Shown one piece after another: positions 61,901-64,000 of a DNA stretch of 64,000 nt. The stretch covers positions 10,292,001 to 10,356,000 of the forward strand of contig NC_079169.1 in NCBI RefSeq assembly GCF_947568905.1, in the 5' to 3' direction. The notes under the pieces were generated by a model. It searched no databases. It saw nothing but the letters and a program-made list of their open reading frames with translations, and was not told where the DNA came from. Position 1 is the stretch's first letter; each line of letters starts with the position of its first letter. The stretch is from Ostrea edulis (Eukaryota). Both the position numbers and the translations under genes were made by a program.

Positions 61901-63001
61901 GGGAAGTTGAAGATGGCCATGCTAAAGTCATCCCGTTTGACATAAATTTCAGTCGTTAGCTTGCCGTTGATATCAATGTTCTATAGAATATCTAAGTATG
62001 AAGCAGATGTGGAAGACTCTGTTGTGTCTTTTATTTCGAGTTCACTGAAATATATATCAAATGGATGGGTGAATGAAAATGAATAATGTTACTAGATAAA
62101 ACGTCGTCCATATATGTATGTCAAAATATTGAGTTGAAGATCACAGTATGTTGAAGCTTTAGAATAAATTTTGCCCTGCAAAAATATAAAAAAAAAAAAA
62201 AAAAAAAGGTCAGCTAATAAAGGAGCAGAATTCGTGCCCATGGGCATTCCAACAGACTGTTGGAATACCTGATCACCAAAGACTACGAAGATATTGTCAA
62301 TGAGGACCTCTAACATCTTTTTGATATCAACTTTATTTGTGGAAAAAATCATAGCGGTGCTTAACAAAGTTATTTTTGAATGACTGATCACAAGGTCTGA
62401 ACATTTCATTTTTCCATTCTTATTGTGGGATGTCAAAAAGTCTAGCCTTTAATTTATCGTGAGGAATGGCCGTGTTAAGTGTTGAAAAGTCGTACGTTTT
62501 CATGTTGTTGAATTGAGAAAAGTTTTTTTAATTCCAAATCTACGAAAAATTCTTTGGAAAATCATTTTGAGTTAAGAAAGAAATATTTTATATTTTATAT
62601 TGCATACATGATTAATTCATTTTTGATTGATTATGTGGTGCTACTGAGTTTCACTGACAAAGTGTTTTTCATGTTACAAAAGTTTTAAATTCGGTTTGGT
62701 TGGTAAATTTGATGAGAAAATTGAGTTTTACTTTAATGGTGATGTGAAATGACGGGAATAATTTTGTTAAGAGTGTCCATTTGTATCACACGTCAAACAA
62801 TGTAAAAATAACATTTATCATATATTAATGTTAGACGAGGTGAAGGTACAAAAGAAAAACATATAGTTGGTTTAATAAACAGAATATATGCATGTATCGA
62901 TATATACAACTAAACTATAGACATGTATCGATATACAACTTGAATATATACATGTATCTATATACAACTAGAATATATGCATGTATCAATATACAACTAG
63001 A

Positions 63002-63044
<43 letters not shown>

Positions 63045-63263
63045 TGTATCTATATACACATAGAATATATACATGTATTTATATACAACTAGAATATATA
63101 CAACTAAATTGATTTTATTTTTAAATTGACATTAACTGGTTACCTCTTTCATAAAGATTTCTTTATGATGTTGTTCGAAATGCAGCAGTTTTAAAATAGT
63201 TACAGTGTGCTTACCGTGACATGACGTGAAACCAATAAACAACAAAACGGAAAGGAGCTTCAT
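55947..63263 (-). CDS. C-type lectin CTL-6 (perlucin-like, secreted, EPD/WGD), 4 exons, 144 aa
   Basis: Exons 63263-63215 (MKLLSVLLFIGFTSCH), 58474-58395, 56582-56495 and 56164-55947, with GT-AG introns. CRD reads FSPGEPDQH...CVILWQAYHGRWGDHIC. Confidence 0.92.
58040..58365 (-). mobile_element. Naiad-type PLE 3' fragment in CTL-6 intron 2
   Basis: ORF 57928-58440 contains KFYGRYNDL...SDVF followed by the tail frame. Confidence 0.85.
60060..61460 (+). mobile_element. DIRS-like remnant with 63-bp array (60775-61207), copy of 49850-51260
   Basis: Collinear with the CTL-5 intron 1 copy. Confidence 0.62.
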
Positions 63264-63941
63264 GTTCGTCTGAAGAATGGAAGAATGGAAGCTCTCCACT
63301 TTTGGTGTTATCAATATATTACGCTATCTTTACCTATTCTGCTTCAAGTAATCTCTAGCCTACACACGTAGTAAAGACATGAGGCACATTTCATACTTTA
63401 CAATTTCACCTAAACCCCGATCGTTTTAAACAATTATTAATAAAAGGAAGCACAGACCTAGGATTTCCGCAATTGCCTAAGTTGTACTCATTTCAAGTTT
63501 TAAAATCATTTAGTCTTCATCAGCTCTAACATTGACTGACAAACCACTAGGATCCTATGTATCAATGTGAGAGTGGAACAGGACACCAGATTTGGATTTC
63601 TTGATAAATTCCTCAGGCTTAGATTTGATATTTATTTTATTTCATCAGTCAAAATTTGTTTAAAATCCCAGATTTAAGTCCAAATTTCGACCTCAGATTT
63701 TTTCCTCAGAAATCCAGGCGAGAGTTTAAATCGAGCTTGTTTACTCACGATCACGAGGGCGTTGAAATGTTTGGAACAAATCTGACTCGGATTGTTTAAC
63801 CTTCTTAAAACTAACGGCTTAAATAAATTGACAGAGACTTAATTGATGATACTATATACTTAAATAACAAGAGCGTAAGAGAGGGGAACAATTCAGACAC
63901 GTGTTCCTGCTCTTTTAAGAGAAAAATCATATCTTGCATCT

Positions 63942-64000
63942 CAAAGGTGAAGATAACGAATAGCGATCAATCTCATAACCCCTACAAGCAACACAAAATA
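63942..64000 (-). mobile_element. Naiad-type PLE 3' end running off the window
   Basis: aaaggtgaagataacgaatagcgatcaatctcataacc. Confidence 0.8.

Overview
AT-rich eukaryotic genomic DNA with three N gaps. It is most likely from an oyster or another bivalve; this is inferred from Cg170-like satellite units, Meta-domain SINEs and Naiad-type Penelope-like elements. The ORF track is mostly spurious or captures single exons. By manual splicing, the window holds a head-to-tail cluster of six apparently intact, secreted, single-domain C-type lectin genes (perlucin-like), all on the minus strand. They share one 4-exon plan: signal-peptide exon, 80-nt exon, 88-nt exon, CRD exon. Their Ca2+/sugar-site motifs are EPT, EPN, EPT, EPN, EPD, EPD. 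The cluster is built from an 11-13 kb duplication (1-11226 vs 21129-33866) and a three-unit tandem array with a 9-12 kb period (~35.7-63.7 kb). Introns and spacers are packed with mobile DNA: about 20 Naiad-type PLE fragments, CR1/L2/RTE-like LINE remnants, a DIRS-like remnant, a Tc1/mariner, SINEs, MITEs, a HINE and copy-specific minisatellites. The most unexpected signal is a set of minimal type I hammerhead ribozyme motifs. Two pairs form near-perfect palindromes sitting at (TA)n microsatellites, each present in only one of the two duplicate copies.
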